A stretch of 63,785 nucleotides of DNA, the filler included, from Octopus bimaculoides (lineage: Eukaryota), in assembly GCF_001194135.2 (NCBI RefSeq). It is 7 parts of 6 records of this genome, joined end to end, with 100 filler letters (N's around TTAATTAATTAA, not from the genome) between each part and the next. Parts side by side here need not be neighbours in the genome. Positions count along the whole stretch, not along the records: positions 35,406 to 53,000 come from NC_068993.1; positions 53,101 to 58,226 come from NC_068996.1; positions 58,327 to 63,785 come from NC_068986.1; 4 more parts are not named here. One strand, 5' to 3'. A program made the translations under genes and the position numbers. Positions 49,848 through 63,029 of the stretch are shown in pieces; position 1 is the stretch's first letter; the number at the start of each line of letters is the position of its first letter. The notes below the pieces were generated by a model. The model saw nothing but the letters and a program-made list of their open reading frames with translations. It was not told where the DNA came from and made no database searches.

Positions 49848-52800
49848 TTGATAGTTTGACCACCTCCTGTACCTACACCTTAGCCCTTTCATGGCGTCTG
49901 ATGTGGCTTTTTAAACCAGACAATGTTTTGAAAAAACACTCACACAGATTGCACCTCTGAGTTGAACTACCAATACCTGCAGGTAAGTTCTGCTCATTGT
50001 GGATCCTAACATGTCTTTTAAGACCCCCATTGGATTTGCAAGCCTTCTGGCATACACCACATTCANNNNNNNNNNNNNNNNNNNNNNNNNNNNNNNNNNN
50101 NNNNNNNNNNNNNNNNNNNNNNNNNNNNNNNNNNNNNNNNNNNNNNNNNNNNNNNNNNNNNNNNNNNNNNNNNNNNNNNNNNNNNNNNNNNNNNNNNNNN
50201 NNNNNNNNNNNNNNNNNNNNNNNNNNNNNNNNNNNNNNNNNNNNNNNNNNNNNNNNNNNNNNNNNNNNNNNNNNNNNNNNNNNNNNNNNNNNNNNNNNNN
50301 NNNNNNNNNNNNNNNNNNNNNNNNNNNNNNNNNNNNNNNNNNNNNNNNNNNNNNNNNNNNNNNNNNNNNNNNNNNNNNNNNNNNNNNNNNNNNNNNNNNN
50401 NNNNNNNNNNNNNNNNNNNNNNNNNNNNNNNNNNNNNNNNNNNNNNNNNNNNNNNNNNNNNNNNNNNNNNNNNNNNNNNNNNNNNNNNNNNNNNNNNNNN
50501 NNNNNNNNNNNNNNNNNNNNNNNNNNNNNNNNNNNNNNNNNNNNNNNNNNNNNNNNNNNNNNNNNNNNNNNNNNNNNNNNNNNNNNNNNNNNNNNNNNNN
50601 NNNNNNNNNNNNNNNNNNNNNNNNNNNNNNNNNNNNNNNNNNNNNNNNNNNNNNNNNNNNNNNNNNNNNNNNNNNNNNNNNNNNNNNNNNNNNNNNNNNN
50701 NNNNNNNNNNNNNNNNNNNNNNNNNNNNNNNNNNNNNNNNNNNNNNNNNNNNNNNNNNNNNNNNNNNNNNNNNNNNNNNNNNNNNNNNNNNNNNNNNNNN
50801 NNNNNNNNNNNNNNNNNNNNNNNNNNNNNNNNNNNNNNNNNNNNNNNNNNNNNNNNNNNNNNNNNNNNNNAAATGCTTTTGCTGCCCTTTGAATTCGCAG
50901 GTGTATTTCCGTATCAAGATTTCCATCATCTTGAACAGAGCTTCCCAGGTAGACAAATGAATTGACAACCTCAAGTAACTTTCCCTTAACAAAAATTTTA
51001 GGGGGGTTACAAACAGAACCATACACAGGTTAATACATTACAACTGCTTATTTCAGATTGATGGTCGGGCCAAAATCATCACAAGCTGCGTCAAATGCAG
51101 ATACAAGGGATTGCAGACCCGTTTCAGAATGACTGACAAGATCATCGCAATCGTCAGCATACAAAAGTTCCCTAATAAGTGAAGTAAAATCCTTCGTTTT
51201 AAACTTCAGTCGGGTCAAATTAGAAACATTCTCCGTTGTTCGATATTTTATGTAGATACCCTCCTCAGAGTTTTGAAAAGCATGTGACAATACAATAGTA
51301 TATTGCAAAGAGGGTGGATGCATTAAGGTCTCCCTGCTTTACTCCATTTTCCACAGCAAAAGATTCAGAAAGCCTACCACCAAAATTAACCCTAGCTCTC
51401 ATATCCTGATGCAAAGCCCTGACCATGTTTATAAACTTTTCCGGGCAACCTATTTTCCCCAGAATTAGCCACAGAGCACTTCGATTAATAGTATCGAATG
51501 CTTTGCTTAAATCAACAAAGCAATGGTACAGAGCAAGATTCTGTTCAATGCACTTCTCTTGTAATTGTCTAACAGTAAAGATACAATCAGCTGTGCCCCT
51601 GGAGGAACGAAAACCACACCGAGACTCAGACACTATATTTGGAACTATAAAGGCATTTAAACGTTCTAACAAAATGCGGGCGAGTACCTTTCCAACCATA
51701 GACAAAAGGGAAATCCCACGAAAATTACCACACAGATCCTTTGGCCCCGATTTATATAAGGTGACAATCCAGTCTTGAGGCACTTTCTCACTTCTCCAAC
51801 AGTGACAAATTAAAATATTTAAGAGTTCAAACATTTNNNNNNNNNNNNNNNNNNNNNNNNNNNNNNNNNNNNNNNNNNNNNNNNNNNNNNNNNNNNNNNN
51901 NNNNNNNNNNNNNNNNNNNNNNNNNNNNNNNNNNNNNNNNNNNNNNNNNNNNNNNNNNNNNNNNNNNNNNNNNNNNNNNNNNNNNNNNNNNNNNNNNNNN
52001 NNNNNNNNNNNNNNNNNNNNNNNNNNNNNNNNNNNNNNNNNNNNNNNNNNNNNNNNNNNNNNNNNNNNNNNNNNNNNNNNNNNNNNNNNNNNNNNNNNNN
52101 NNNNNNNNNNNNNNNNNNNNNNNNNNNNNNNNNNNNNNNNNNNNNNNNNNNNNNNNNNNNNNNNNNNNNNNNNNNNNNNNNNNNNNNNNNNNNNNNNNNN
52201 NNNNNNNNNNNNNNNNNNNNNNNNNNNNNNNNNNNNNNNNNNNNNNNNNNNNNNNNNNNNNNNNNNNNNNNNNNNCAGCTTGTCAGAAATTGGTACTTTC
52301 CTCAATAATCTTGCTACATTGTCATAAAACTGTCCCACAGTTTCATCAGAATGGGACATTGTTGGTGCATAAATACTGACAACGGTAAGAAACCTACCTT
52401 TTGTCAGTTTGATACTGCATGACATGATCCGGTCAGATATACCACTTGGAAGCTATGCAATGGAGGACACTAATGTATTCTTGAGAGCAAACCCAACACC
52501 AGATTCTCTACGCTGACACTTAGGTAGGCCTTTCCAGAAGATAGTATATCCATAAGTAGATTCAATTACTTGACCCTCACCAGAAACACGAGTTTCAGAG
52601 AGCACAACTATATCAAGGGAATATTTCTTTAGCTCACTTGCAACAAGTGCAGTACGCCTTTACGGCCTCTTGTTGAAATTATCATCAAGAAGTGTGCGCA
52701 CATTCCAACAGCCGAAATTCAAAGGATGTTTATTTTTACTTTTTCTTGAGGACTGTTTGACAACAGTGGCAGGATGACGACCGGGTCCAGCCTGTGATAC

Positions 52801-52990
52801 ACTGGGACACCTGCCGGGCCAGACCTGTTCCCCTGATGTTCCCAAGCCTTTTTTGCCATTTACTGAATTTGTTTCAGACATTTTAAAATAAGTTACAGGT
52901 GCATTTTTAGGTTTCTGCCAACCAACCAATTGAATGATTTTACCAAGATCTGAAGAACAGGAAGTACCTGTGCAGATGAATAATTTTTAG
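49846..52990 (-). mobile_element. RTE-clade LINE, near full length with gaps (APE, RT, C2H2 tail)
   Basis: LNFGCWNVRTLLD, IVVLSETR, VSIYAPT, NFRGISLL, GFRSSRGTADCIF, LYADDCD, FVYLGS, CNLCECFFKTLSGLKSHIRRH; ends at (TG)n. Confidence 0.93.
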
Positions 52991-53309
52991 TGGATGTAGC
53001 NNNNNNNNNNNNNNNNNNNNNNNNNNNNNNNNNNNNNNNNNNNNTTAATTAATTAANNNNNNNNNNNNNNNNNNNNNNNNNNNNNNNNNNNNNNNNNNNN
53101 ATATATATATATATACTATATATGTGTGTGTGTTCGTTTGTGTGTTTAAATGTAAGAATAAGCGACTTTGGCAGGTCGATATACAGAGTTTAAACGTCTT
53201 GAGCACTACTATCGGATCCTCATCTATGAACTATGTTTGTGTGTGGGGAGGGGGGCGTGCGTGTGTGTTTGTGCGTGTGCGTCAGTACTTGTGTGCATGG
53301 ACACGCGCA

Positions 53310-53525
53310 TGCGTTTGTGTTTGTCTCCTTTACCGCTTGGAAACTGGTGTTGGTCTGCTCACATCACTGCCATCTAGCGGTTCGGCAAAAGAGATTCATA
53401 GAATAAGAACGAGGCTTAGATAAAAAATAATTTCTGAGTTTGATTCATTCGACTAAAAGCTCTTCAAAGCGGTGCCCCAGCATGACCACAGTCTAATGAT
53501 AGAAATAAGTAAAAGATAAAAGATA
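53310..53525 (+). mobile_element. SINE family B 3' module
   Basis: CCGCTTGGAAACTGGTGTTGG..AGAATAAG..GCGGTGCCCCAGCATGACCACAGTCTAATGA. Confidence 0.75.
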
Positions 53526-53897
53526 TATACAAATGTCTATATATGTATGTATACATGTATTCATATACACTCGCACATATACACTCACACACACACGCAC
53601 GTATACATACAAATACATATCTTTCATGCAACGAAACATAAACTAGGTTTCGTCTTTCTATGAACAGTACAGAGTCCAAACAGCACTCTCTTAAGATATC
53701 CTTCGAACCTCCAACACAACTAAATATACACCCGCACATACATGCGTGCCCGCACACACCTACACACACGCGCACGTGCACACACATTCAGATATATGCA
53801 CGTACACACAGGTAGTCTTGTACATATATACATATATGTGCATATTTGTGTATAGTATTAAAATATTAAAAAGCTATCACATGCTCGTATATATATT

Positions 53898-55305
53898 AGC
53901 TCGCCTGTCGACGTCGACGATGACGAAGGGTTTCACATGAGAGAAAAGGACAGAGAACGGTGTGTTCGGCTGTGGCCGATCAGACCGAACTGTGCTCGAA
54001 ATTTCTGTGGCAAGCCAGGCACTGGTATTCTGTTGGGACTGAAGAAAACGAGTTAGCTCTCGACATTTTCTTTCAGCTCCTTATATCCTGTTCTATTTGC
54101 ACGAGCTGACACCCCTGCGAGGGCAACTTCGCCAGGCAAGCTTGTCTTGAGCTTATATTCCCCAGGTATCGGGGTTCATCTCAAAGCTCTTCAGTGAGAC
54201 TTTCAGTCTTTCCTTTCAGCGCTTTTTCTGTCCGACCTATGTACGCTTGTCTTCCGCCAGTTTATTACAAAATAATCTTTTGAGTAGTTGTGTTTCAGTC
54301 ACTCAAACAAGGCAGCCTGCTCACCTAACTTGTGTTCTCCTCAGTAGTGTGTAAATGCTTGGTATATCAGCTCGAGAGAGGATCTCTGTCTCTTGGAACT
54401 TGTCTAGTCAGATGAATTTCTACAACTTTCTCAGACAGTTCATGTGGAAGCCGTTTAGCTTTTTGGCGTGGAGTTCGTATATCGTCCAAGTCGCGCAGGC
54501 GTAACCTGTCTGGTACACATTCAACTGGGTGGCCAACCTCTCCTCTCTAATATTTATTCACGTAGCCACCAGAATGCTGAGCTTCTCTTGACGGTGCGTT
54601 TGTCGTCTTCGTTTTCGATGTTCTCAGATCTGTTGAGTCTGGTACCGAGGTACGTGTACTACAACTTTCAAGTTTACCCTTCGACAGCGATAGTAGGTTC
54701 CACAAATAGCTTCTGCGGGGCAGGTTGGCGGATGATCTTTATCTCCTGAGTATTAATTGTGAGGCCATTTTTGTGCAGATGAAGGAAAATCAGTTTATGC
54801 TCTACTCTATCTGGGTCTCTGCGGCGACGTTACGTGTGCAGTCATCTGCGAGCAGGAAGCTGCACTCTGAAACTTCTTCCACCTTGGTCTTAGCTTGTAG
54901 CCTCTGTGGGCTGAAGTGTCTGCCATCAGTCCTGAATTTGACCTTGATACTGGTTTCATCATCGTTGCAGAAGAGCCCAACAACATGGCTGAGAACATTA
55001 TGCTGACTAGTGTAGGTGCGAGTACAAAGCTCTGTTTCACTCCGTTAGTAACTGGAAATGCATCCGAAGATTCACCGTTGGCCAGTGTTTGAGTAAGCAT
55101 GCCTTTGTGAAACTATCGCACCATGCTGATGAATATGTCATTGCAGCCGAACTTTTCTATGATCATTCAAAGCCCCTCACCACTGTTAGATCTACAAATC
55201 TCGCGTGTATGTCCGTGTTCTGTTCCTGGAAATTCTTCAGAGGTAGGTGAGCTATTCCAAAGAACACCACCGTCAGAAATACTTGCTAACCTAAACACCT
55301 CATAC
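53898..55305 (-). mobile_element. RTE (BovB-like) LINE 3' fragment, decayed
   Basis: SSDAFPVTNGVKQSFVLAPTLVSIMFSAML, LLADDC, KKR*KERLKVSLKSF; 3' end GTCATCGTCGACGTCGACAGGCGA. Confidence 0.88.
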
Positions 55306-55328
55306 ACCCAAAAATGATATATACGCTT

Positions 55329-55464
<136 letters not shown>

Positions 55465-55745
55465 GTTATGTATGTATGTATGTATATATATATGTATGTA
55501 TGTATGTATATGGTTTAACAGTAGTCGAGCAGACTATGAACAAAAGCACCTCTACCATAACCAGCCTGATTTTTTAATTCTTCTTTATTGTATGCACTTT
55601 CGTGCATCGTTTTTAAGACTATAATTCTGGTTTAAGACAGATTTAGCTACTATTCCTTGATTTTCACCCCCATCACTAATTGTTTTTATATGACATTATG
55701 CGTCACTGTGCATTTGCGAGTCTGTTTATGTGTTTATATGAATGT

Positions 55746-55787
<42 letters not shown>

Positions 55788-55883
55788 CTTTGTGTGTGTG
55801 TGTGTGTGTGTGTGTTTCTTTGTGTGTGTGTGTGTGTGTGCAACTTGAATTATTTGATTTCTTTGATTTCTTTTTCACGTATG

Positions 55884-55931
55884 AAAGTACGTTATCAGTG
55901 GTTGTTAATACAACCACTGATAACGTACTTT
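55884..55931. repeat. Perfect 22-bp hairpin with 4-nt loop
   Basis: AAAGTACGTTATCAGTGGTTGT-TAAT-ACAACCACTGATAACGTACTTT. Confidence 0.95.
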
Positions 55932-55956
55932 TATATATAACGTACTTTTATATATA

Positions 55957-56267
55957 CAGGGTGGTTGCAAAGCTTGGATACATAGGCGAAAATGCTTATT
56001 TTCAATAATTTTCTGCGAGGTTTCCACTATTAGAGATGTGAAGTTCAGTGTGCTTCATCAGATGCACATGAAGTTGATGCAGTAACTCGAAATTTTCCCA
56101 TAAGTTTGAGCATATTCATTCATGATGCGTCCTTTTAGATGTACAGCTTCTCGTTCAATATACCCAACAAGAAGAAGTCAAGAGGACAAATATCTGGTGA
56201 TCGAGAAGCCCATTCTAAAACAACATTAGTGATATTTGCCATGTATCCAGAATTTATCGTCACCCTG
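55957..56267 (-). mobile_element. Internally deleted Tc1/mariner-superfamily element (311 bp)
   Basis: TA|CAGGGTG..CACCCTG|TA with ~30-bp imperfect TIRs. The internal peptide WASRSPDICPLDFFLLGILNEKLY matches the WPPRSPDLTPLDFFLWGYLK transposase motif. Confidence 0.9.
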
Positions 56268-56460
56268 TACATACACATGTTTACACACGCACACACACAT
56301 ACACACATATATATTTGTATTTTGTTATATGGCAAATGTCTACGAATGCACTAATAACTCCTGTGTTACTTGCTGCTGGCCACAGTATATTATTCCCAAC
56401 ATGTCGAGTTAGCTGTATGAGAGTATTATGTATACGGTACTCTAGGTAGTTTAGAATAAA

Positions 56461-56842
56461 TATATTAATAACGAGAACTACTTCATGGGTAGAGATTTTA
56501 TATTTCTATTGAAGCTTTGCTACATATGTTTCGGCATGACATGTAATTTTATGGGACCAATTTTCCATATCCATAGGATATTATTAAATATCTTATAAGA
56601 GCCCATTAATTCCACATGCACACTTCTTCAGGCAACAAACTAATGCAAAAATTGCATGAAGAATTATGTATGCTGAATTAATGGTCTCTCATACGGCCCA
56701 TGGATATTACAAATAATATTTAATAATATCCTATAGATATGGAGGATTGGTCCCATAAAAATACATGTCATGCCGAAACATATGTAGCAATTCATTAATA
56801 AAAGTATAAAATCTCCATCTGCGTTTCTCGTTATTAAGATAT
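56461..56842. repeat. ~380-bp imperfect fold-back palindrome (MITE-like)
   Basis: TGCTACATATGTTTCGGCATGACATGTA and its reverse complement. Arms align inward to TTCTTCAGGCAA/TTGCATGAAGAA, leaving a ~16-nt centre. Confidence 0.92.
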
Positions 56843-57819
56843 ATATACTACAAGAAAAGGAAAATGGAGATATACCTATTATTTTAAGGAAAATAATTCC
56901 CAGAAAATATTAGGTATTGAACCAGTATTTCCTTGGCAGAAACCATTCCTTCATGAGGCTAACACAACCTCTAATCGTGTATATATATATANNNNNNNNN
57001 NNNNNNNNNNNNNNNNNNNNNNNNNNNNNNNNNNNNNNNNNNNNNNNNNNNNNNNNNNNNNNNNNNNNNNNNNNNNNNNNNNNNNNNNNNNNNNNNNNNN
57101 NNNNNNNNNNNNNNNNNNNNNNNNNNNNNNNNNNNNNNNNNNNNNNNNNNNNNNNNNNNNNNNNNNNNNNNNNNNNNNNNNNNNNNNNNNNNNNNNNNNN
57201 NNNNNNNNNNNNNNNNNNNNNNNNNNNNNNNNNNNNNNNNNNNNNNNNNNNNNNNNNNNNNNNNNNNNNNNNNNNNNNNNNNNNNNNNNNNNNNNNNNNN
57301 NNNNNNNNNNNNNNNNNNNNNNNNNNNNNNNNNNNNNNNNNNNNNNNNNNNNNNNNNNNNNNNNNNNNNNNNNNNNNNNNNNNNNNNNNNNNNNNNNNNN
57401 NNNNNNNNNNNNNNNNNNNNNNNNNNNNNNNNNNNNNNNNNNNNNNNNNNNNNNNNNNNNNNNNNNNNNNNNNNNNNNNNNNNNNNNNNNNNNNNNNNNN
57501 NNNNNNNNNNNNNNNNNNNNNNNNNNNNNNNNNNNNNNNNNNNNNNNNNNNNNNNNNNNNNNNNNNNNNNNNNNNNNNNNNNNNNNNNNNNNNNNNNNNN
57601 NNNNNNNNNNNNNNNNNNNNNNNNNNNNNNNNNNNNNNNNNNNNNNNNNNNNNNNNNNNNNNNNNNNNNNNNNNNNNNNNNNNNNNNNNNNNNNNNNNNN
57701 NNNNNNNNNNNNNNNNNNNNNNNNNNNNNNNNNNNNNNNNNNNNNNNNNNNNNNNNNNNNNNNNNNNNNNNNNNNAGATAAAAAATAATAGTGTGTGTGT
57801 GTGTGTGTGTAATTGTAAG

Positions 57820-58148
57820 CTGACACTCCATCGGTTATGATGATGAGTGATCCAGTTGCTCTGATCAACGGAACAGCCTGCTCGTGAAATTGAAGTACAA
57901 GTGGCTGAGCACATAACAGACAGGCGTAACCATAACGTAGTTCTGAGGGAGATTCAGTGGGACACAGAGTGTGACAAGTCTGTCCCCTTGAAATATAGGA
58001 ACAACCCATTTCTGCCAGCTGTGTAGACTGAAGGAACGTGAGGTAAAGTGTCTTGCTCAAGGACACAACGCGCCGTCAGGAATCGAATTCTCGACCTTAC
58101 GATCGTGAATCGAGTACCCTAAAGCCTAACCACTAAGCCACGCGCTCT
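57820..58148 (-). mobile_element. SINE family A
   Basis: Reverse-complement homologue of 1912-2232. Confidence 0.87.
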
Positions 58149-58150
58149 TA

Positions 58151-58226
<76 letters not shown>

Positions 58227-58325
58227 NNNNNNNNNNNNNNNNNNNNNNNNNNNNNNNNNNNNNNNNNNNNTTAATTAATTAANNNNNNNNNNNNNNNNNN
58301 NNNNNNNNNNNNNNNNNNNNNNNNN

Positions 58326-59143
58326 NGTAACCATAAGAGCAACACAGCAAACCACAGCACATACCCAAGGCGCACAGAGCTGCGCTCGGTAGTGAAGTGA
58401 AAGCACGTTATAAAAATAAAACTACTGAACAATAATAATAATAATAATAATAATGATAATAAGTGCTTGAAAATGACCACATCTTACTCCTCTGGAACTT
58501 CACCGTTCAAACTGACAGAAAGATAGATGCGAATAGGCCAGACATTTTATTGAAGGACTTCAGACAAAAATCATGCCTCCTCATTGATATGACTATCCCA
58601 ATCGATATAAACGTATCTGTCAAGACCTACCAAAAACTGAGCATGTGTAAATATTTTGAAATAGAAATTGGCAAAACGTGGAACCTCAAGACTAAAACAA
58701 TACCTGTCGTCATAGGTGCCCTAGGAATTATAGCAAAAGGAGCTGATTCCTACCCAGATCAGATACTAGGAAATCCAAAAATGGAAGAAAATCAAAAAAT
58801 AGTACTCATAGGGACTGCCCATAGCTTATGTAAAATACTGTCTATGTAATCCCTGACATATTTAAATCCGTAAACAGTGTCAAAATACTTTTAAATGTAC
58901 TTAACAGCAAATACCTTTTACTGTCATCTTAACATCAGACCACCATCTTACCAAATTACTTTTAAAACAAACTTCTAATTTACCTATGATTTGACAGACA
59001 TTCTCTAGGACAATACTCTGTTCAAAACCAAATATATGACACCTTAGTCATAACACCAACTTGAACTTCTAACTTGTTGTCTCTTGGGGTCTCTAGGGAG
59101 ACTTGAAGTCAACTTTTACAAATACAAAGCAAAAGCAAAACAT
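58326..59143 (+). mobile_element. Dong family E 3' end (58326-58432), (TAA)n, then Dong family C RLE domain and 3' UTR (58458-59143)
   Basis: LLWNFTVQTDRKIDANRPDILLKD..LLIDMTIP..KLS..IPVVIGALG..KILSM* (PD..D..K RLE motif). Confidence 0.9.
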
Positions 59144-59145
59144 AT

Positions 59146-59815
59146 GATAATATCGAAAAGCATACGATGTGTTACCACACTCCTGGACAATAAGAACAAT
59201 GGAAATGTATGGAGTAGCAGAAAACGAGAGAAGCCTTATATCGAACAGTATGAAATGGTGGAGAACGGAATTGACAGTAGGGAATCAAGTATCAAGAGAG
59301 GTGAAAACGAAGAGATGAATCTTCCAAGGGGACAGTGTGTCCCCAATGAACTCTGTGCTGGGAATGATCCCCTTAAGTGAAATATTACAGAAAACAAAAT
59401 TAGGGTATGACCTAGGAAGAGGTAAGGGAAAACTGAACCACTTGCTATTCATGGACGACTTGAAGATATTCACAAGAAGTGAGGCAGAACTGGGGAACCT
59501 AGTCCAGTCTGTGTGGATTTTTTCCAATGATATTAAGATGGAGTTTGGGCTCTCAAAATGTGCTACGATGGTGATGAGACGAGGAAAGCTTGACAGGACA
59601 GAAGGCATAGGGTTGGCAAGTGGTGAAACGATGAAGGCAGTTCAAGCTCGCTCCAGCTATAAATACCTGGGGATACTTGAGGCAGATGGAATTAAACACA
59701 ACGACATGAAGGAAAAAATATAAAGAGAGTACCTGCGGCGAGTGAAACAAATACTGGCTTCAAAGCAGAATGCCAGAAACATAATTTCGGCAATAAACTA
59801 GCACGCAGTCGCAGT
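59146..59815 (+). mobile_element. Another R4/Dong-type RT fragment
   Basis: YRKAYDVLPHSW, KLNHLLFMDDLKIF, MEFGLSKCA, SYKYLGILEAD. Confidence 0.88.
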
Positions 59816-60819
59816 AGTTCGTCGTGGCGGCGAGAAGGAAGGCTGCGAGCGATTAGGAACGTCGCTAGGAGCGAGCAAAGAGAAAGCAGACGCAACGGCG
59901 ACGGTCTCCCGCCGGCGAACCGCCGGTGCGATCATTATTTATTATTATTATCATCATCTTTTTTTTGTCGAAACGTTGAAATATGCTGTGTCACTTCGTA
60001 GCAGACGTCGTGGTTTGTCAGAGATATCTATCTACCTTATCTGAGGGATAATATTTATTCCCAATGAAACGTAGATGTTCTATTAGAACAAACTATATTG
60101 CGATAGTTACCATGAGAGAAACTTTCTTATCTAACTATCTGTTCACATCATAAGTTGGGACTGTTCAGGTACATTTAAGAAAGTATGTTTGAAATACCTA
60201 TGTCATAAAGAGACGTAGAGTAATAGATTATTTTACACAGACACTAAATTAATCTAACAACGATCAGTCGTCGTCTTTCTCCTTATATATATGAGTAGGA
60301 GTAACTATGTAACATTAATGCTTAGCTAAGAATAACTGCATTCAATATAAGTATTGTGTTTGTGTTTTCATCCGTCTATTTGTAACTCTCTTACTAACAC
60401 ACAAGTACACACATACATAAAAACACCTACGTTCATACACACAAATACACACACANNNNNNNNNNATATATATATATATATATATATATATAGCATGCAT
60501 ACAAAGCATACATATATATTTATATTTATATACACATATATAGGCACGCATATACATAGAGACATATTTTTCAAGTTATTTTTACTGTCACGAAATACTG
60601 TCCCTACTTCCCTTCAGTCTAGTTACATTTTTATCAGTCGTTCGCTGCTTCCATACATCCATACTAAAGACAAGTATATGTCGATGCCTTGCTGAACCCC
60701 TAAACTTATAAATAGGACAATTTCTTGTTGTAGTTTCGCCCCCAAGACGGCATTAACTACGTAAGTCCATCATTAGAGACATGTTCAGCTTTTTCTTTTC
60801 CTTCTATTTATTTATTTTA

Positions 60820-60995
60820 ATTTTTATCTCCGTTTCTTTCAGTCATTGGACAGCAGCCATTTTGGGGACACCGACTTGAAGAGATTTTAGCCGAACAAAT
60901 CGACCCTAGAACTTATACTTTATGCAAAGCCCGATACTTGTTTCTTCGGTCTCTCTTTGCCGAGTCGCTAAGTTTCGAGTCGTAAATAAAACAGA
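60820..60995 (-). mobile_element. SINE family B 3' module, degenerate
   Basis: TTTCTTTCAGTCATTGGACAGCAGCCAT..CAAATCGACCC..TACTTGTTTC. Confidence 0.65.
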
Positions 60996-61124
60996 AAGAG
61001 GGAAAAGGAAGAAGTCGAAAGAGAAAGAAAAGAATTGTCCGAGAAACACATGTGTTCTTACATGGCTGAAAAAATATGTATGTGTATGTATGCACACACA
61101 TATATATGTCTATATATATATACA

Positions 61125-61193
<69 letters not shown>

Positions 61194-61423
61194 NNNNNNN
61201 NNNNNNNNNNNNNNNNNNNNNNNNNNNNNNNNNNNNNNNNNNNNNNNNNNNNNNNNNNNNNNNNNNNNNNNNNNNNNNNNNNNNNNNNNNNNNNNNNNNN
61301 NNNNNNNNNNNNNNNNNNNNNNNNNNNNNNNNNNNNNNNNNNNNNNNNNNNNNNNNNNNNNNNNNNNNNNNNNNNNNNNNNNNNNNNNNNNNNNNNNNNN
61401 NNNNNNNNNNNNNNNNNNNNNNN

Positions 61424-61790
61424 GGCTGTGTGGTAAGAATCTTGCTTCCCAACCACACGGTTTCGTGTTCAGTCCCACTGCGCGGCACCTTGGGAAAATG
61501 TTTCTACTATAGTCATGGGCCACCCAAACCCTTGCGAGTGGATTTGATGGACAGAAACTGCAAAAAGCCCGTCGTATATATGTGCGTATGTGTGTGTCTG
61601 TATGTGTGTATATTTGTGTGTCTATGTTTGTTACTCTCCCCACCATCACTTGACAACTGATGCTGGTGTGTTTACGTCCCCGTAGCCTAGCGGTTCATCA
61701 AAAGAGACCGATAGAATAAGTACTAGGCTTACAAAGATTTGTTCGACTAAAGGCGGTGCTCCAGCATCGCCACAGTCAAATGACTGAAGC
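61424..61790 (+). mobile_element. SINE family B, near full length
   Basis: GGCTGTGTGGTAAG..CCTTGGGAAAATG..CTTGACAACTGATGC..CAAATGACTGAAGC. Confidence 0.88.
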
Positions 61791-62051
61791 AAATCGTCCT
61801 CATTATTATCGTCGTCGCTGTTGTTCTCGTAGTTGTCGCTATCTTCGTCATTACCACCAACTGGCAGTTGCATGAAAATGCTTACAACATACGAGAACGA
61901 CGAAGACAATGTTAACTACCACCATCGTAACCACAACTCCACTATCATCATCATTACCACTGTCGTTGTCGTCGTTGTCGTCATCACCATCATCATCATT
62001 ACCATCATCATCATCATCATCATCATCANNNNNNNNNNTCATCATCATTAC

Positions 62052-62096
<45 letters not shown>

Positions 62097-62533
62097 TATC
62101 ATCATCATCATCATCATCAATCTGTCAATTCGAAAGTAACATTTTAATCATTCGGCGCCTATATTTGCTAACTTCCTTTCTTTCTTTTTTTCTCTCTCTC
62201 TCTCTATCCCTCTTTCCTTACCCAGTCTCTTCTTCCTCGCTCTTCTGTATAAACATGTGTATATTTGATTAATAGTAAGCTTTCTCTTTCAATCGAAATA
62301 TTATCAAAGAGTGAATTAATTGAAGAAGGTTATGATTTTATAGTCAGCAAACACGTCATGAATACAACAACTTCACTACGTTTAGTTTACAAATATATCA
62401 TCGTTAGAAGTGATTATCATATATATATATATATATATATAGCTGATGTGACCGTTACTTAACATGTGTTGAAGTTAAATACACTTGTGTGGTGTTTACA
62501 TTGCACATTAATTTGAGATGTCAGGGTTTTGTG

Positions 62534-62594
<61 letters not shown>

Positions 62595-62599
62595 AGAGA

Positions 62600-62631
<32 letters not shown>

Positions 62632-62844
62632 CAGAGAACCATTATTTGCAATGTTTACGGCGAGATCGGAAACGATAATTTGCATATTTATTCCTAATAC
62701 GTTCTGGCAGATTCAAACGCAAATATGCTAGTGCATATCACAAGAGAACAACTTCCCTCTTTTATGATGACAATGTTTTCATTACTCTCGGCTCAGTGGT
62801 GTAAAGGATTCTGGGACGGAAATGTCTCGCCGTGTCGTGTCCCG

Positions 62845-62940
62845 TCAGCCAGAAGTACCCAGACGGCCAGAAATCCCGTCGGCCAGAAATCCCGTCGGTC
62901 AGAAATCCCGTCGGCCAGAAATCCCGTCGGTCAGAAATAC
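62845..62940. repeat. 16-bp GC-rich tandem repeat, about 5 copies plus 1 degenerate
   Basis: CGG(C/T)CAGAAATCCCGT at 62864, 62880, 62896, 62912 and 62928. Confidence 0.95.
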
Positions 62941-63029
62941 CATTGGCTTTGTTTATAATTTCAGTGATCAATCTGTCCAGGGCCATCATTAATCTAGTGG
63001 CAAGACCAGGCCAAAACGACTGGGAATGT

